Below are positions 1-13,705 of a stretch of DNA of 64,000 bases, one piece after another. Source of the stretch: Octopus vulgaris (lineage: Eukaryota); NCBI GenBank assembly GCA_951406725.2, contig OX597830.1:60326001-60390000 (forward strand), read 5' to 3'. The translations under genes and the position numbers were made by a program. Below the pieces are notes generated by a model. That model was not told the DNA's origin, searched no databases, and saw only the letters and a program-made list of their open reading frames with translations. Each line of letters opens with the position of its first letter. Within the stretch, counting starts at the first letter, position 1.

Positions 1-200
1 AATCCCCTTCATCAGCTGTCCCTAGTTCAACTCCAGCGTGTTTCGAAGGTGAGGACAGAACACGTCTCGTCGAAATAACCCTTCCTGCGAAAGAATTAAA
101 TAAAATTCCTTTGCAGAGGGGTAAAAACAAGGAAAAAAATGTGACAAAAACAGGACGTAAAAACAATACAATTAAAAACAAATACAAAATATATACATGT
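1..200 (-). mobile_element. Penelope-like pLTR-type repeat fragment (cut by window edge); same family as 3480-3800
   Basis: Reverse complement of 1-130 aligns with ~3605-3748 (ttttacccctctgc..ttcgcaggaagg..ccttcgaaac..ctgaWgaaggggatt). PLE assignment is inferred from the CTGANGA/GAAAC motifs and nearby (TA)n. Confidence 0.45.
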
Positions 201-325
201 ACATGTAGGTACGTATATATATGTTTGTATGTATGCATATATTTTATTTATTACACTATTGTATGACTGAGCGCCCTTGCGTCGATTCGATTCGTTTCGT
301 TTCGTTTCTTCTTCTTCTCTAAGAT

Positions 326-390
<65 letters not shown>

Positions 391-637
391 ATGGAAATGG
401 TAAGACAACAAAAGAATGAAAGGGACCTCGATATTATGTAAATGGAGATAAAACAAATATATATATATATATATATATATTTTGCTGTGTCTGGGAAGAG
501 TAATTTTTGTGCCTTATAATTTAACACACTCACCGGTAAAATTTCCACTTATTTCTTATTTTTATTTTCCTGAAATTTTCGTTGCGTCTTGCAACCTTTT
601 CAATAGTCTTGACTATATATATAGTGAGAGGGAGAGA

Positions 638-686
<49 letters not shown>

Positions 687-1307
687 TGAGAGAGAGAGAG
701 AGACAGACAGAGACAGAAAGAGAAATACACGCATAAACCTACAAATGTGTTGACAGACAGACAGACAGACAGGCATAGATATAGTCACAACAGACACAAG
801 ACAGACACCAGACAAACAGACAGACTACACCACGTTCACAAAAATATAGGGAAACGCTGGAAACCTTATCATTCCTGTTTTCCTTTATCTCTGGTATTAT
901 CAAAACTGCTACACCCAAACTTAACACCAACTCTACTCACCCCTTAACTCACAACACCTACCACCATAGCACCAGCCAAAACATCCCACCCCACCCCAAC
1001 GCCACCACCGCTCCGCTCGAAGGCGTGGTAAAAGCGCATTTTTTTCTATTTCGTTTCTGACGATAACTTCCACCGCCATCGGTCAGTGACTAGGTGTCAT
1101 TGAGTGCGTTTTTCTTCTTCGGTGTGAAATTTGTTACGTGTGTGTGAGTGCGTACGTGTGTGTGTGTGAGTGCGTACGTGTGTGTGTGTGAGTGTGTGTG
1201 TGCGTGAAGAACTATGGTGAGAGAGAGATGGGCTGTTGTGGTGGTGGTGTGAGCTGCCATATGACGTGGGCATGTGTCACTATGTTTTTTGCGTACTTGT
1301 ACGTAGG

Positions 1308-2480
1308 TGTATGTATGTATGCATGTATGTATGTATGTATGTGTGTATGTATGTATGTATGTACGTATGTATGCATGTATGTATGTATGAATGTATGTAT
1401 GTATGTATGTATGTATGTATGTATGTATGTATGTACGTATGTATGTATGTATGTATGTATGTATGTATGTATGTATGTATGTGTGTGTGTATGTATGTAT
1501 GTATGTATGTATGTATGTACGTATGTATGTATGTATGTATGTATGTATGTATGTATGTATGTGTGTATGTATGTATGTATGTATGTACGTACGTATGTAT
1601 GTATGTATGTATGTATGTGTGTATGTATGTATGTATGTATGTATGTATGTGTGTGTGTATGTATGTATGTATGTATGTATGTATGTATGTATGTATGTAT
1701 GTATGTATGTATGTACGTATGTATGTATGTATGTATGTATGTATGTATGTATGTGTGTATGTATGTATGTATGTATGTATGTATGTATGTATGTATGTAT
1801 GTATGTATGTATGTATGTATGTATGTATGTATGTATGTATGTATGTATGTGTGTATGTATGTATGTATGTATGTATGTACGTGTATGTATGTACGTACGT
1901 ATGTATGTATGTATGTATGTATGTATGTATGTATGTATGTATGTATGTATGTATGTATGTACGTACGTACGTATGTATGTATGTATGTATGTATGTATGT
2001 ATGTATGTATGTATGTATGTATGTATGTATGTACGTACGTATGTATGTATGTATGTATGTATGTATGTATGTATGTATGTATGTATGTATGTATGTATGT
2101 ATGTATGTATGTATGTATGTATGTATGTATGTATGTATGTGTGTATGTATGTATGTATGTATGTACGTATGTATGTATGTATGTATGTACGTATGTATGT
2201 ACGTACGTATGTATACATGTATGTATGTGTGTGTGTATGTAGGTATGTATGTATGTATGTATGTATGTGTGTATGTATGTATGTATGTGTGAATGTATGT
2301 ATGTACGTACGTATGTATACATGTATGTATGTGTGTGTGTATGTAGGTATGTATGTATGTATGTGTGTATGGGTGTACGTATGTATGTATGTATGTGTGT
2401 GTATGTGTTTATGTGTGTGTGTAGGTATGTGTGTATGTATGTATGTACGTATGTTTGTGTGTATGTATGTATGTGTATGT
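1308..2480. repeat. Long (ATGT)n microsatellite with GTGT/ACGT variants
   Basis: Directly visible ~1.2-kb tetranucleotide array; source of the MYVC/HTYI pseudo-ORFs. Confidence 0.98.
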
Positions 2481-3084
2481 GTAGTGAAGTATGTATCTGT
2501 TTGTTTATCTATCTCTCAATGTATCCATCTATTTGTGTGTCTGCCTCTATGTACACACAATTCCATTTATCTACATGCATACATGTACGCCCGTTCACAC
2601 ACATACATACGCGGACAGATACATGCACACGCACAGACACTTATATGTATATATCTATGAATGTAAGTATGTATATATCTATGTATGTATGTATGTATGT
2701 ATGTATGCGTGTGTGTGTATGTGTTTGTGTGTGTATGTATTTACTTCCGCACAAACTTAGTTGTCGTCTCTCTAGCTAACATCTCACTCATTACACAAGT
2801 TCGTTAGTTAACAAAATATCTAATTATTGTCTCTTTGTGCCTTTCTGTCTGTTTATCTTGTTATCAGATAGAATCTCTCTCTCCCCCCTCTCTCTCTCCC
2901 CCTCTCCCTCTCTCTATCTATCTATCTATCTATCTATCTTTATCTATCTATCTATCTATCTTTATCTCTCTGTCTGCCTCTATATCTATGAGACATATTT
3001 GTCTGTCGCCCTACCTATGTTTCTACCTGTCTGACTATCTATCCACACACACACACACACACACACATCTCTCTCTCCCCTCTG

Positions 3085-3123
<39 letters not shown>

Positions 3124-3144
3124 ATCTGTCTATCTATCTATCTA

Positions 3145-3221
<77 letters not shown>

Positions 3222-3479
3222 CGTCTTTTTTCCCTCACTTAACTTGTCTCTTCCTCTCTCTCTCCCCCTCACTGTTCTTCATGGTCTCCTCGCACCATTC
3301 CCCTTCTTCTCTCTCTTCCTCTTGCTCCTCCTCCCCCATTCCCGTCGTCCATCTGCGACGATACTTCCGTCGTAACTGCTATCCTGTCCTTTCTCGCCCG
3401 CCTTCTAAGGCTACTGGTCGACATCTTCCTCTCTCGTCGTCCACTATAATCCAGCGTTTGCAATACTTTTTTCGTCTGG

Positions 3480-3800
3480 CGTTAACAGCCCTTCTTATCT
3501 TGTTCTCCTTGTCCTGTCTCTCACTGTTATATATTTATTTTTCCACTGTTTATATATATATTTTTTACTGTTTATATGTTTGTACTGTCGTTACCGTCTT
3601 GCTTTTTTTACCCCTCTGCGAAAAGATCTCAGAATTTTAATTGATTTGCTTTTCGCAGGAAGGAATTTTTCTTCGAAGTATACGTCTCGCTTTTATCCTT
3701 CGAAACGTTTAGTAGATGAAACTTTAGCGACTGAAGAAGGGGATTTTTCGTTGTGCTTATTGTCCTGTATCTCTTTTTTTTGCCTGTCTTGTTCCTTGGT
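3480..3800 (+). mobile_element. Penelope-like pLTR-type repeat fragment
   Basis: Inverted homolog of 1-200; contains cgaaacgtt (3701) and ctgaagaagggg (3731). Confidence 0.4.
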
Positions 3801-3930
3801 TTGTGTCTATGTTTTTCGTCTCTCTATGTGTTCGACGTCTTTTTGGTGTCCTGTACACATATATGCGTGTATATGTACATGTAGAGGTAGGTACGTACAT
3901 ATATGTTTATATATATGCATATATTTTATT

Positions 3931-3986
<56 letters not shown>

Positions 3987-4119
3987 CACATAGATAAGTG
4001 TGTGTGTGTGTACAGATGTTCCGCTATGTTAAGCATGTGTATATTTATATGGCGCGTGCTTTTGTACATTGGTATGTTTCGTGTATTTTCTAGACATGTA
4101 AATAAATTAAATTGGGATG

Positions 4120-4420
<301 letters not shown>

Positions 4421-4779
4421 CATATAGATAGTGAGAGAGAGAGATTCGGTGTGTTGAGAAGTGTGTTTAGGAGTACACTTGCATCATTACATTTGTACTT
4501 ATGTTTTTGTATGAGTAAACGTTGTAAGCAGAATATGAAATGCGTGTATGTCTTTATCTGGACGTAACTTAAGGCTGTGTATGTTTTTATAGTATATATT
4601 CATGTCCGCTTTATATCGTCTCTAAATGAAATGTGTATAAACGAAGTGTTGCCATTAGGTGCTTTTATTGTTATTGTGCTAAGTCAATGGATAATTGTAT
4701 CGTAAAGAAATACATTCATATGAATTACATTCGTCTACTACGTTATAAGTGATTAGTTTATATTGTATAATAACTTGTA

Positions 4780-4990
4780 ATGTTGGCACAAGGCCAGCGG
4801 TTTTAGCAGGAGTGGCTAGTCGACCACATCGGCTTCGGTTTTCGACTGGGACTTATTTTATGGACGCCGAAAGGATGAAAGGCAAAGTTGACCTCAGCAG
4901 AATTTGTACTCACAACGTAAAGAACCGCAAAAAAAAAAAATGTTGCTAAACATTTTGTTCGACGCGCTAACGACTCTGCCAGCTCGCCGC
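4780..4990 (-). mobile_element. tRNA-derived SINE family B (Meta-domain-like core)
   Basis: Reverse complement matches 59909-60141 (gtcRactttgcctttcatcctttcgg..ataagt..cag). Confidence 0.75.
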
Positions 4991-5004
4991 TTCTTCGTAT
5001 TACA

Positions 5005-5254
5005 CTTTACTCTCTTTTACTCTTTTACTCTTTTACTTGTTTCAGTCATTTGACTGCAGCCATGCTGGAGCACAGCCTTTAATCGAGCAACTCGACCCCG
5101 GGACTTATTCTTTTGTAAGCCCAGTACTTATTCTATCGGTCTCTTTTGCCGAACCGCTAAGTTACGGGGATATAAACACACCAGCATCGGTTGTCAAGCA
5201 ATGCTAGGGGGACAAACACAGACACACAAACACACACACACACACACACACATA

Positions 5255-5291
<37 letters not shown>

Positions 5292-5335
5292 GACGGGCTT
5301 CTTTCAGTTTCCGTCAACCAAATCCACTCACAAGG
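5005..5335 (-). mobile_element. Octopus-type SINE family A, head-less copy
   Basis: Reverse complement matches body and (gagtaaaa)n tail of 28199-28597. Confidence 0.9.
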
Positions 5336-5394
5336 TAATGGCGAACTTCTGCTAACTCTTTCGCCACAACTTTCTCTCACTCTTTCCTCCAGCA

Positions 5395-5516
5395 TCTTGC
5401 AGCTCACCTGCGATGGACCGGCGTCCCGTCCAGGTGGGGAACCTATAAGCCAAGAAAGCGGGAAACCGGCCCTTATGAGCCAGGCATGGCTCGAGGAGGA
5501 ACAAACAACAACAACA
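5395..5516 (+). mobile_element. 3' half of a SINE with (AAC)n tail
   Basis: cctgcgatggaccggcgtcccgtccagg...gaaaccggccc..atgagcc..ggctcg followed by aacaacaac; resembles common invertebrate SINE 3' regions. Confidence 0.5.
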
Positions 5517-6390
5517 GTCGGGTATGATTTTGGAGAGAATTGACTGTGACTTCTAGCTGGGCGATCGACGATTTAGAGACTGCATCATCAGCTGGAATTT
5601 CTGACGTAGTGTGATAATAGTATGATAGAATTAAGACAGACCTCGAAAGAAACAGTATAACAAACGCGCCGGAGATACTTCAAAGGACGTTGGCCTGTGT
5701 GCGCTGCCAGCTGCACCAGGATATAAAACAGAGTGGGTTGCTCTACACACATTCTGCCGCCAGAGAATCGGCTGTTTTTTATTTCTCATGCCAGTCAGTT
5801 CAAGCACCAACCTCTCGATCTTCAAGAGTTATTAGACTGATATTTAGCGTTGAGGCGCCATGTGGTATGCATGAGAAAATGGTAAACGAGGGCAGTGGCT
5901 CTCAGTGTTCTTCATTTCATGGAGCTTTGGGGTTTAATTAGAGAAAAGTAGTGCTGCACATAACGTAGGCACTTAACTACGACTATATTTTAAAGTAGAT
6001 GTTCTCAACTTGGATCCAAGTGAGAGGGTTTTCTAAGCTGTGTTCAAAATTTTAAAAGGTTACGGAATAATAATAATAATAATAATATAAACGGTTACGG
6101 AAAAAATATGTATAATTATTCAGATATGTATGTGTATGTATGTATGTATGTATGTATGTATGTATGTATGTATGTATGTATGTATGTATGTATGCATGCA
6201 TGCATGTATGGATGGATGTATGTATGTATGTATGTATGTATGTATGTATGTATGTATGTATGTATGTATGTATGGATGATATGGATGGATGGATGGATGG
6301 ATGGATGGATGGATGGATGGACGGATGTATGGATGGATTTATGTCTGCATGCATGTATGTATGTATGTATAATATGTATAAATATATATA

Positions 6391-6717
6391 TAAAGTGAAA
6401 TAAGAAAAGACCTGGTAATTCAATCCGCAAATCTGACTCCGATTAGAGATGGATTTAAAGAACAATTGTACATGATACTCTCTCTTTACTCTATTACTTG
6501 TTTCAGTCATTTGACTGCAGCCTTGCTTGAGCACCGCCTTTAGTCGAGCAAATCGACCACAGGGCTTATTCTTTGTAAGCCTAGTACTTATTCTATCGGG
6601 TTCTTTGCCGAACCGCTAAGTTACGGGGATGTAAATACACCGCCATCAGTTGTCGAGCGATGTTGGGGGGACAAACACAGATACATAAACATAGACACAC
6701 ACATCCATATATATAAT

Positions 6718-6791
<74 letters not shown>

Positions 6792-6875
6792 TGCAGTTTC
6801 CGTCTACCAAATCCACTCATAAGGCTTTGGTCATGTACTGTATATACAAATACATGCATTCATACATACATACAC

Positions 6876-6932
<57 letters not shown>

Positions 6933-7410
6933 AATACATACATTCATACATACACACACACACATATGTGTGTGTGTGTCCCCTTGTGCCTGTGCCTCTG
7001 TTTGTCTCTCACCACTATTTGACAACTGGTGTCGGTGTCTTTCCGTGGTTGGTAAGCAACTCCTGCGCCTATCGATTAAAAATATATAAATATGCAGACA
7101 TTTTTTAAAAAATCTATAAGTAAATAAATACATTAAGATATATGTATGTGTAAAGTAATAGATTTTAAGTAATTTCCGGATGCACACATAAAAACTTTAA
7201 AACATGCGTGTATAGGTAAAAATATGGAGAAAGTCTATTACCTTACACATATATATTTTTAATATATTTATTTACTATTAAATGTTTTTTAAAATGGATG
7301 TGTATTCATATATTTTAATCTATCATGTACGATTGTCCCTTAAATCCATCTCTAATCGGAGTCACGGTTGCGGGTTGAATTACCAGGTCTTTTCTTTCTT
7401 CGCATTACAT
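6391..7410. mobile_element. Inverted-repeat (fold-back) element with ~190-bp arms, interrupted by a SINE
   Basis: 6391-6477 plus 7071-7165 is the reverse complement of ~7230-7410; the left end abuts (TA)n. Confidence 0.75.
6478..7070 (-). mobile_element. Rearranged SINE family A
   Basis: Minus-strand tail and body 6478-6830, plus-strand body piece ~6965-7043, minus-strand head remnant 7044-7070. Confidence 0.8.
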
Positions 7411-7492
7411 ATTTATATCTTTCATCTCAAGTTACTCTTGGGCACTTTTGAGTCTAAACCTCAATATTCTAATCAATCTTCTTTCTCAAAAC

Positions 7493-7581
<89 letters not shown>

Positions 7582-8547
7582 TGTATGTATGTATGTATGT
7601 ATGTATGTATGTATGTATGCATGTATGCATGTATGCATGTATGCATGTATGTATGTATGTATGTATGTATGTATATATAAAGTGTGTATACATGTGTGTT
7701 TATATATATATGTATGTATGTACGTATATTCAGGTGAAAGACGAAATTGGGTAAACGAGCTTGTAGTTAATAAAATCGACTTATTAAGCCCTTTCAAAGG
7801 CCAGGTCCTTGGGAAAAGTCATTTAGATAAAAGGGAGTCTTTGCTGGTTAAAAGGCAGGGACCCACTGTTTTAAAGTTTAAAATTGGAAAATATAAAGAA
7901 AACTACGGCTTACCTTGTTTTATTAATCATACTTGCACATTACAAAATTGTGAATAACTCGTTTTTCAAGATATTCGAGCATTAATATGGATTTTCTAAA
8001 AGTTAAATTGTATTTTTGAATTCCCTGCCGCACCCAGGGACCCCTTCCGGAACACTGTAACCACATTTACAGGCCGCTCTTATTGACTGCAGAAGCTTTG
8101 GAGAATCTACCGACCAGAATGTTGCTTTTAGCAGTCTATAAACAGAGTTCAAGGAGTGGAAATAAATGTTGTGATGTGAATTCTGTTTGAAATATTTGTA
8201 TTACAATTTGCCGATGCAGAACGGTGCAGTCTACTGTTAAGTTTTTAACTTAAGAACTATAATTCAACCTAAATGTTAAACAGGTCTGTATTTTTCTATT
8301 GTATAAGTCTACATTGCATGTTTGAACGTTACTCTAACATGGCCTTGTTCATAAATAATAAAATCAAATAGAAGAAAGCTAAAGAAAACATATAAAATTA
8401 CACATGCATGTACTGAAAATTATACCAAAGCATATACAAATAATTTCTCACCCATCATATAGACATGATTACAAAATGATTGGTCCTAAAAAATGGGCGT
8501 ATTACGCTGTATAAACATTCAAACAGATGCATACGAACATGTATATA

Positions 8548-8626
<79 letters not shown>

Positions 8627-9066
8627 GACGTCACTGCACGCAATAAATACACTTACGTAAGAGAAAAAGTATGCACATATTTCGGTTCCATGTAATCACA
8701 TAATAGGGAAAAAGAAACAAAACAAAAGTAGAGCTTAAACGAAAGAATGCATGAAACACATCCAGCATGTAGCTATTCCTATAATGGCAGCGCAGAAAAT
8801 ATCTGCGTAAGAAACCACCGCACATTACCACACAGGTTGCGACGTGGTTATTCGCCCGATTAGAAATAGCCAATACCCCCTCTAAATACTTTATTCCTAA
8901 TTACGGAAAAGCTAAGTTGGATAAGATTTTAGGATAGAGGCCTTGTAACAGGGTAAACAAAATCTAATTAGTCAGAGGCATACTGTAGGTCAGTGGCTCT
9001 CAACCTGGCTCCTTATGGCCCTTGGGAGGCCATTTAAGGTTTTGTTATGAAAATGTATCTGCAATA

Positions 9067-9480
9067 CGTGCAGGAGTGGCTGTGTGGTAAGTAGCTTGCT
9101 TACCAACCACATGGTTCCGGGTTCATCCCCGCTGCGTGGCATCTTGGGCAAGTGTCTTCTACTATAGCCTCGGGCCGACCAAAGCCTTGTGAGTGGATTT
9201 GGTAGACGGAAACTGGAAGAAGCCCGTTGTATATATGTATATATATGTATGTGTGTATATGTTTGTGTGTCTGTGTTTGTCCCCCACCATTGCTTGACAA
9301 CCGATGCTGGTGTGTTTATGTCCCCGTAACTTAGCGGTTCAGCAAAAGAGACTGATAGAATAAGTACTAGGCTTACAAAGAATAAGTCCTGGGGTCGATT
9401 TACTCGACTAGAAGGCGGTGCTCCAGCATGGCCGCAGTCAAATGACTGAAACCAGTAAAAGAGAGTAAAAGAGTAAGAGA
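9067..9480 (+). mobile_element. Octopus-type SINE family A, full length
   Basis: tRNA-like head with A box (tggctgtgtgg) and B box (gttcatcc), central TA/TG tract, gagtaaaa tail. Confidence 0.92.
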
Positions 9481-9556
9481 ATAATTTGCTTATAGTTTTA
9501 CAATACATAAAATAGTGTAATTATTTTTTTAATACAGTTCCTAGTAATAATTCACA

Positions 9557-10069
9557 TCTATATATATAAAACTGTAGTTGTGTGAGTGTCTGTCCCCTTC
9601 GATTTAGATTCCTAACTACTCCCACATTTTGCGGTGCAGTTTAACCAAATTCGGGTATCTTATAGTCGTGATTCATATCGAGCCCTTCTGAGTATTAGCG
9701 CGCGTCTACGATGAGTCTACGATTTTAAAAATAATTTAACATAATTTTTTATTCCATTTTAATGCATAATTTTTCGTGTGTCGATGGCGGCGGAGTTGGC
9801 GTCCATGGTCACACCTGCACCTGTTTGCTTCTCCCCCTTCTTCCCTCCCTCGTGAAGCTGTGGGGAAGGGAGTGTAAAGAAATCAACGTCGTAAAGCGTT
9901 GTCAAGGAGACCAGCGTTCTTTTAGAACAACGACTTCATGGCTTGAAGACACCAAAACAGAAATGGCTAAGAAAGCCCGAATTGGCATCTATAAGGGAAG
10001 TAACTCTCTAAAAATGCTTATATAGTTATTTCCCTTACAAACCCGAGCAACGCCGGGCGATACTGCTAG
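9557..10069 (+). mobile_element. Non-autonomous Helitron
   Basis: 5' TC(tatatatataaaa), subterminal hairpin cccgagcaacgccggg (10042-10057), 3' CTAG, inserted between A and T. Confidence 0.88.
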
Positions 10070-10396
10070 TTAATTATAAAAGCATGATAGGATTTTTAAA
10101 ACATCTAATACCTCTCGGTGTTAATACTGCTTCTGTTCATGTTCTGATTTTCTTTATATCACTAGTGGAGAAATGAGTGACTGCTATCTCAAGCGGTCGA
10201 GCGTCCATCACCGATGAGACCAACACAGGTCGAAATCACGTGATCTGATGGTCTTGGCGTTGTAGTTGGTGGAGAGTTATCTCATCGGACAAAAATCCTT
10301 CATCATTGTTCTCACATCTCACCTGTATGTTTTAGGCAGTAGAACCACTGCTGCAGGGCAGAGAGAAGTTAAGAAATGTTTCGTTCGAACTGGAAC

Positions 10397-10483
10397 ACAT
10401 AGGAGAGCCCACACGAGAGTTTCGAAACATAGGAGAGCCCACACGAGAGTTTCGAAACATAGGAGAGCCCACACGAGAGTTTC
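10397..10483. repeat. Perfect 30-bp tandem repeat, about 2.9 copies
   Basis: Unit acataggagagcccacacgagagtttcgaa, no spacers. Confidence 0.97.
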
Positions 10484-10719
10484 CCTCATGGTATCTACCA
10501 AGGCAAAGTTTGTTCTATTCGAACATCCACGTTTAAGTGGGAATAAAGATTATTGCTGTTAATTAGCGCCCAACGTACAACTTTCTGCGCTTGATGCAGG
10601 ACCTCAGCTCAGTCTAAGAAATGAGCTTGCGGAAGCTGTGTAGTACGAACGACTGATCGGCATAAGTTTGCGACTCCAGGTGCTGGGTAGCAAATCCAAA
10701 TACTTGTCCCAATTGGTGC

Positions 10720-10870
10720 GGGTCGTCGTAAAATTCCACCAAGGTCAATTTTGATTCCCATCCCTTAGGGAAAGATAAAATAGAATACTAGTCAAATACA
10801 GCGGTCGTTAGTATCGACCAACTCATACCTCTTGAAAATCGTTGGCCTTGTGCATAAATTAGAAACACTA
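10720..10870 (+). mobile_element. Degraded SINE family B
   Basis: aaattccaccaaggtcaattttgattcccatcc..gataaaataga..ggccttgtgc, homologous to other family B copies. Confidence 0.55.
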
Positions 10871-11639
10871 TTATTGCTGTTATTATCTTTGTCATCATTA
10901 ATATTCATAATTTCTATCGCTGAATATGAACGTTTACAAAATCTTAAATGGTTGTTTGTCAACCACTTAATTTGTTCACCTAAAACTGGCGGTATTAAAA
11001 AAAAGAATATTTACTTCAGCGAGTAAAGTTCATCAATCCGCAAGCTACAACTCAGAATCCTCGAACAAACGGGATGATGTAAACCTAGTTTGTATAAAAT
11101 ATAGGAATTTCCAGTGGTTGGAGCCACGAACAAAGGTGTATTGGTTTACTTTAAAAATACAGCCTTTTCGTGAATACGTATCTTGGATTGAGGGAAACAG
11201 GGTAACGTCAATATGTCGATGAATAACGGGACCCTAGGGGCTTCCACAGAATATCAATCCCAATGGTCAGAGATTGTTGGGAAATCAAGTCAACACCATC
11301 TCTAATGTAAACACCGGAATGCATCTTCAAAGGCAACGGGCTCGAAATAAACAATAGGACAGTGAAATAACAGTGAGTCATAGAAAGGAGGTTGTGGGGG
11401 GAAATTGAAAAGAAGGCTTGATATATATATGGGAAACTTCGGGCATGCTTCTAATTTCAGACCAGCGATTAGGGAATCCATCACAGCAAATTAAGCGTAA
11501 ATATTAGTTCAGTAAATATGAAGATAGGAGAAATTAGCAGAAAGATAGCAGCCAAACGTAATTATTGGAGGAGTTGATGAGGAATGTAACAGAAGTAATA
11601 TTTACATCAAAAACACAACAGCAGCAAGTACAAAAATAA

Positions 11640-11694
11640 TAGCAACAGCAGCATTAACGGTAGTAGCAGTAGTAGTAGTAGTAGCAGCAGCAGC

Positions 11695-11729
<35 letters not shown>

Positions 11730-11842
11730 CAGCAGTAGCAGCAACAGCAGCAATGGCAGCACTAGCAGCAGAAGCTATATTAGAACAATAGTGGTAGCAG
11801 TAACATAACTGTAGCAGCAGTAATAGTAGCAGTAGCAGTAGC

Positions 11843-11906
<64 letters not shown>

Positions 11907-11927
11907 AGAGGAGGAGGAGGAGGAGGA
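11640..11927. repeat. (TAG)n/(CAG)n/(GAG)n trinucleotide array
   Basis: Directly visible. Confidence 0.95.
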
Positions 11928-12159
11928 AAAATTCGACGATAAGTAATTCCACACAAGAAACTATATGTAGCAAGAAAAGACAACAAAAAGCGAAAAGAAA
12001 CTAATAGGAAAAAAAAAAAAATTTTTTTTAAACCGCAAAATCGAAAGGAAAATAGTTACGTAAGAAAGTCACGTCGAGAGCGCTTTCCATCAGAGTCACG
12101 TTTCATTGACCATCAAAGCAAGTGCCACAGTAATTTTTATAAGCTGACTCACGTTTATT

Positions 12160-12525
12160 TGGTTCCGGGTTCAGTCCCTCTGCGTGGCATCTAGGGGCAA
12201 GTGTCTTCTGCTATAGCCCCGGGCCGACCAATGCCTTGTGAGTGGATTTGGTAGACGGAAACTGAAAGAAGCCTGTCGTATATATGTATATATATATGTA
12301 TGTGTGTGTGTGTTTGTGTGTCTGTGTTTGTCCCCCTAGCATTGCTTGACAACCGATGCTGGTGTGTTTACGTCCCCGTTACTTAGCGGTTCGGCAAAAG
12401 AGACCGATAGAATAAGTACTGCGCTTACAAAGAATAAGCCCCGGGATGGATTTGCTCGACTAAAGGCGGTGCTCCAGCATGGCCGCAGTCAAATGACTGA
12501 AACAAGTAAAAGAGTAAAAGAGTAA
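12160..12525 (+). mobile_element. SINE family A, 5'-truncated
   Basis: Near-identical to 28245-28597. Confidence 0.92.
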
Positions 12526-12579
12526 CACGTGGTTACATTTTGAAAGTATATATATATATGTACACACACATACACACAC

Positions 12580-12728
12580 GTCGGGCTTCTTTCAGTTTCT
12601 GTCTATCGAATCCGCTCACAAGGCTTTAGTCGACCCAAGGCTATAAGTAGAAGACACTTGCCCAAGGTGCCACGCAGTGGGACTGAATCTGGAACCATGT
12701 GCTTGAGAAGCAAGCTTCTTGCCACACA
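12580..12728 (-). mobile_element. SINE family A, 5' portion
   Basis: Reverse complement of the family A head. Confidence 0.85.
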
Positions 12729-13303
12729 ATTTTCCGAATCTGTCGTTAATTGCGAGACAAACGCACAAAGCTGACAACTAAATCGCAGTTACACCTCTGC
12801 AATGGGAATTAACAAATAGCAAAACACGAACGGATCGGAATGGAATACTCAGAGATTACAAAATATTTATCAACATATTAAGTCCCTCAGGCAATATCAT
12901 GGAGTCAAGTTAAAATATCTTACAAAAAAAAAAGAAGAAAAAATAGAAAGAGAAAAAAACACTTCAAAATCTCGTAAGTAAATAGCGTAAAATTATTAAA
13001 CACTAGAAGAGTTGCTAAAGATTTAACAACCAAATAATCTTAGCTGTTCAGGAAACCATATTCAAAAGATAATCGTTGAACACACTGTAGGTTATAACAA
13101 AGCGTCATTGTAACACAGTGCACTCAATAATACAAGCCAACTGTAAAATTAATGGAATGACGAGAGTGCAAATATGGAAGACATCTACTGGCAACCGAAG
13201 CAAATGAATTGTATTCATCTCAAAAGTACGACAGAAGAAATATAACAAAGATTTGGAACAAATAAACTGGATAGAAGTCACAATTCAACAGAACATCATA
13301 TAA

Positions 13304-13705
13304 TCTTTTATCTTTTACTTGTTGCAGTCATTAAACTGCGGCCATGCTGGGGCACCACTTTGAAGACATTTCAGTCGAATGAATCGACCCCTCCACACAC
13401 TACATTTTTTCTAGGCCTGGTACATATTCTATTGCACTGTTTTACCGAACCGCCTGTTACGGGGTCATAAACACACACAACACTGCTTGCCCAGTGATGG
13501 GGCGCGGGGGGTGTCAACAAACGAACACAAACACAAACACAAACACGACGGGCTTCTTTCAGTTTCCGTCTACCAAATCCACTCACAAGGCTTTGGTCGG
13601 CCCGAGGCCGTAGAAGATACTTGCCCAATGTGCTACGCTGTAGGACTGAACCCGGGACCATGTGGTTGGGCAGAAAGTTTCTTACCATACAGTCACGCCT
13701 GCGCC
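13304..13705 (-). mobile_element. SINE family A, full length, diverged
   Basis: Head ggcgcaggcgtgactgtatgg on the minus strand, body, and taaaaga tail. Confidence 0.88.

Larger units (their letters stand above)
8991..10110 (+). mobile_element. hAT-like non-autonomous element split by SINE and Helitron insertions
   Basis: Starts CAGTGGCTCTCAAC (hAT/Charlie-type TIR); pieces 8991-9066, 9481-9556 and 10070-10110 are colinear with 62124-62381. Confidence 0.6.

Noticed and set aside
1090-2779. Long ORFs of 280-470 aa (MYVC/HTYI repeats), and similar ORFs throughout the window
   Set aside because: Translations of (ATGT)n, (TA)n and (CA)n microsatellites that lack stop codons; open in several frames on both strands.
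10397-10483. 30-bp repeats suggestive of CRISPR
   Set aside because: Head-to-tail copies with no spacers, eukaryotic context, no cas genes.
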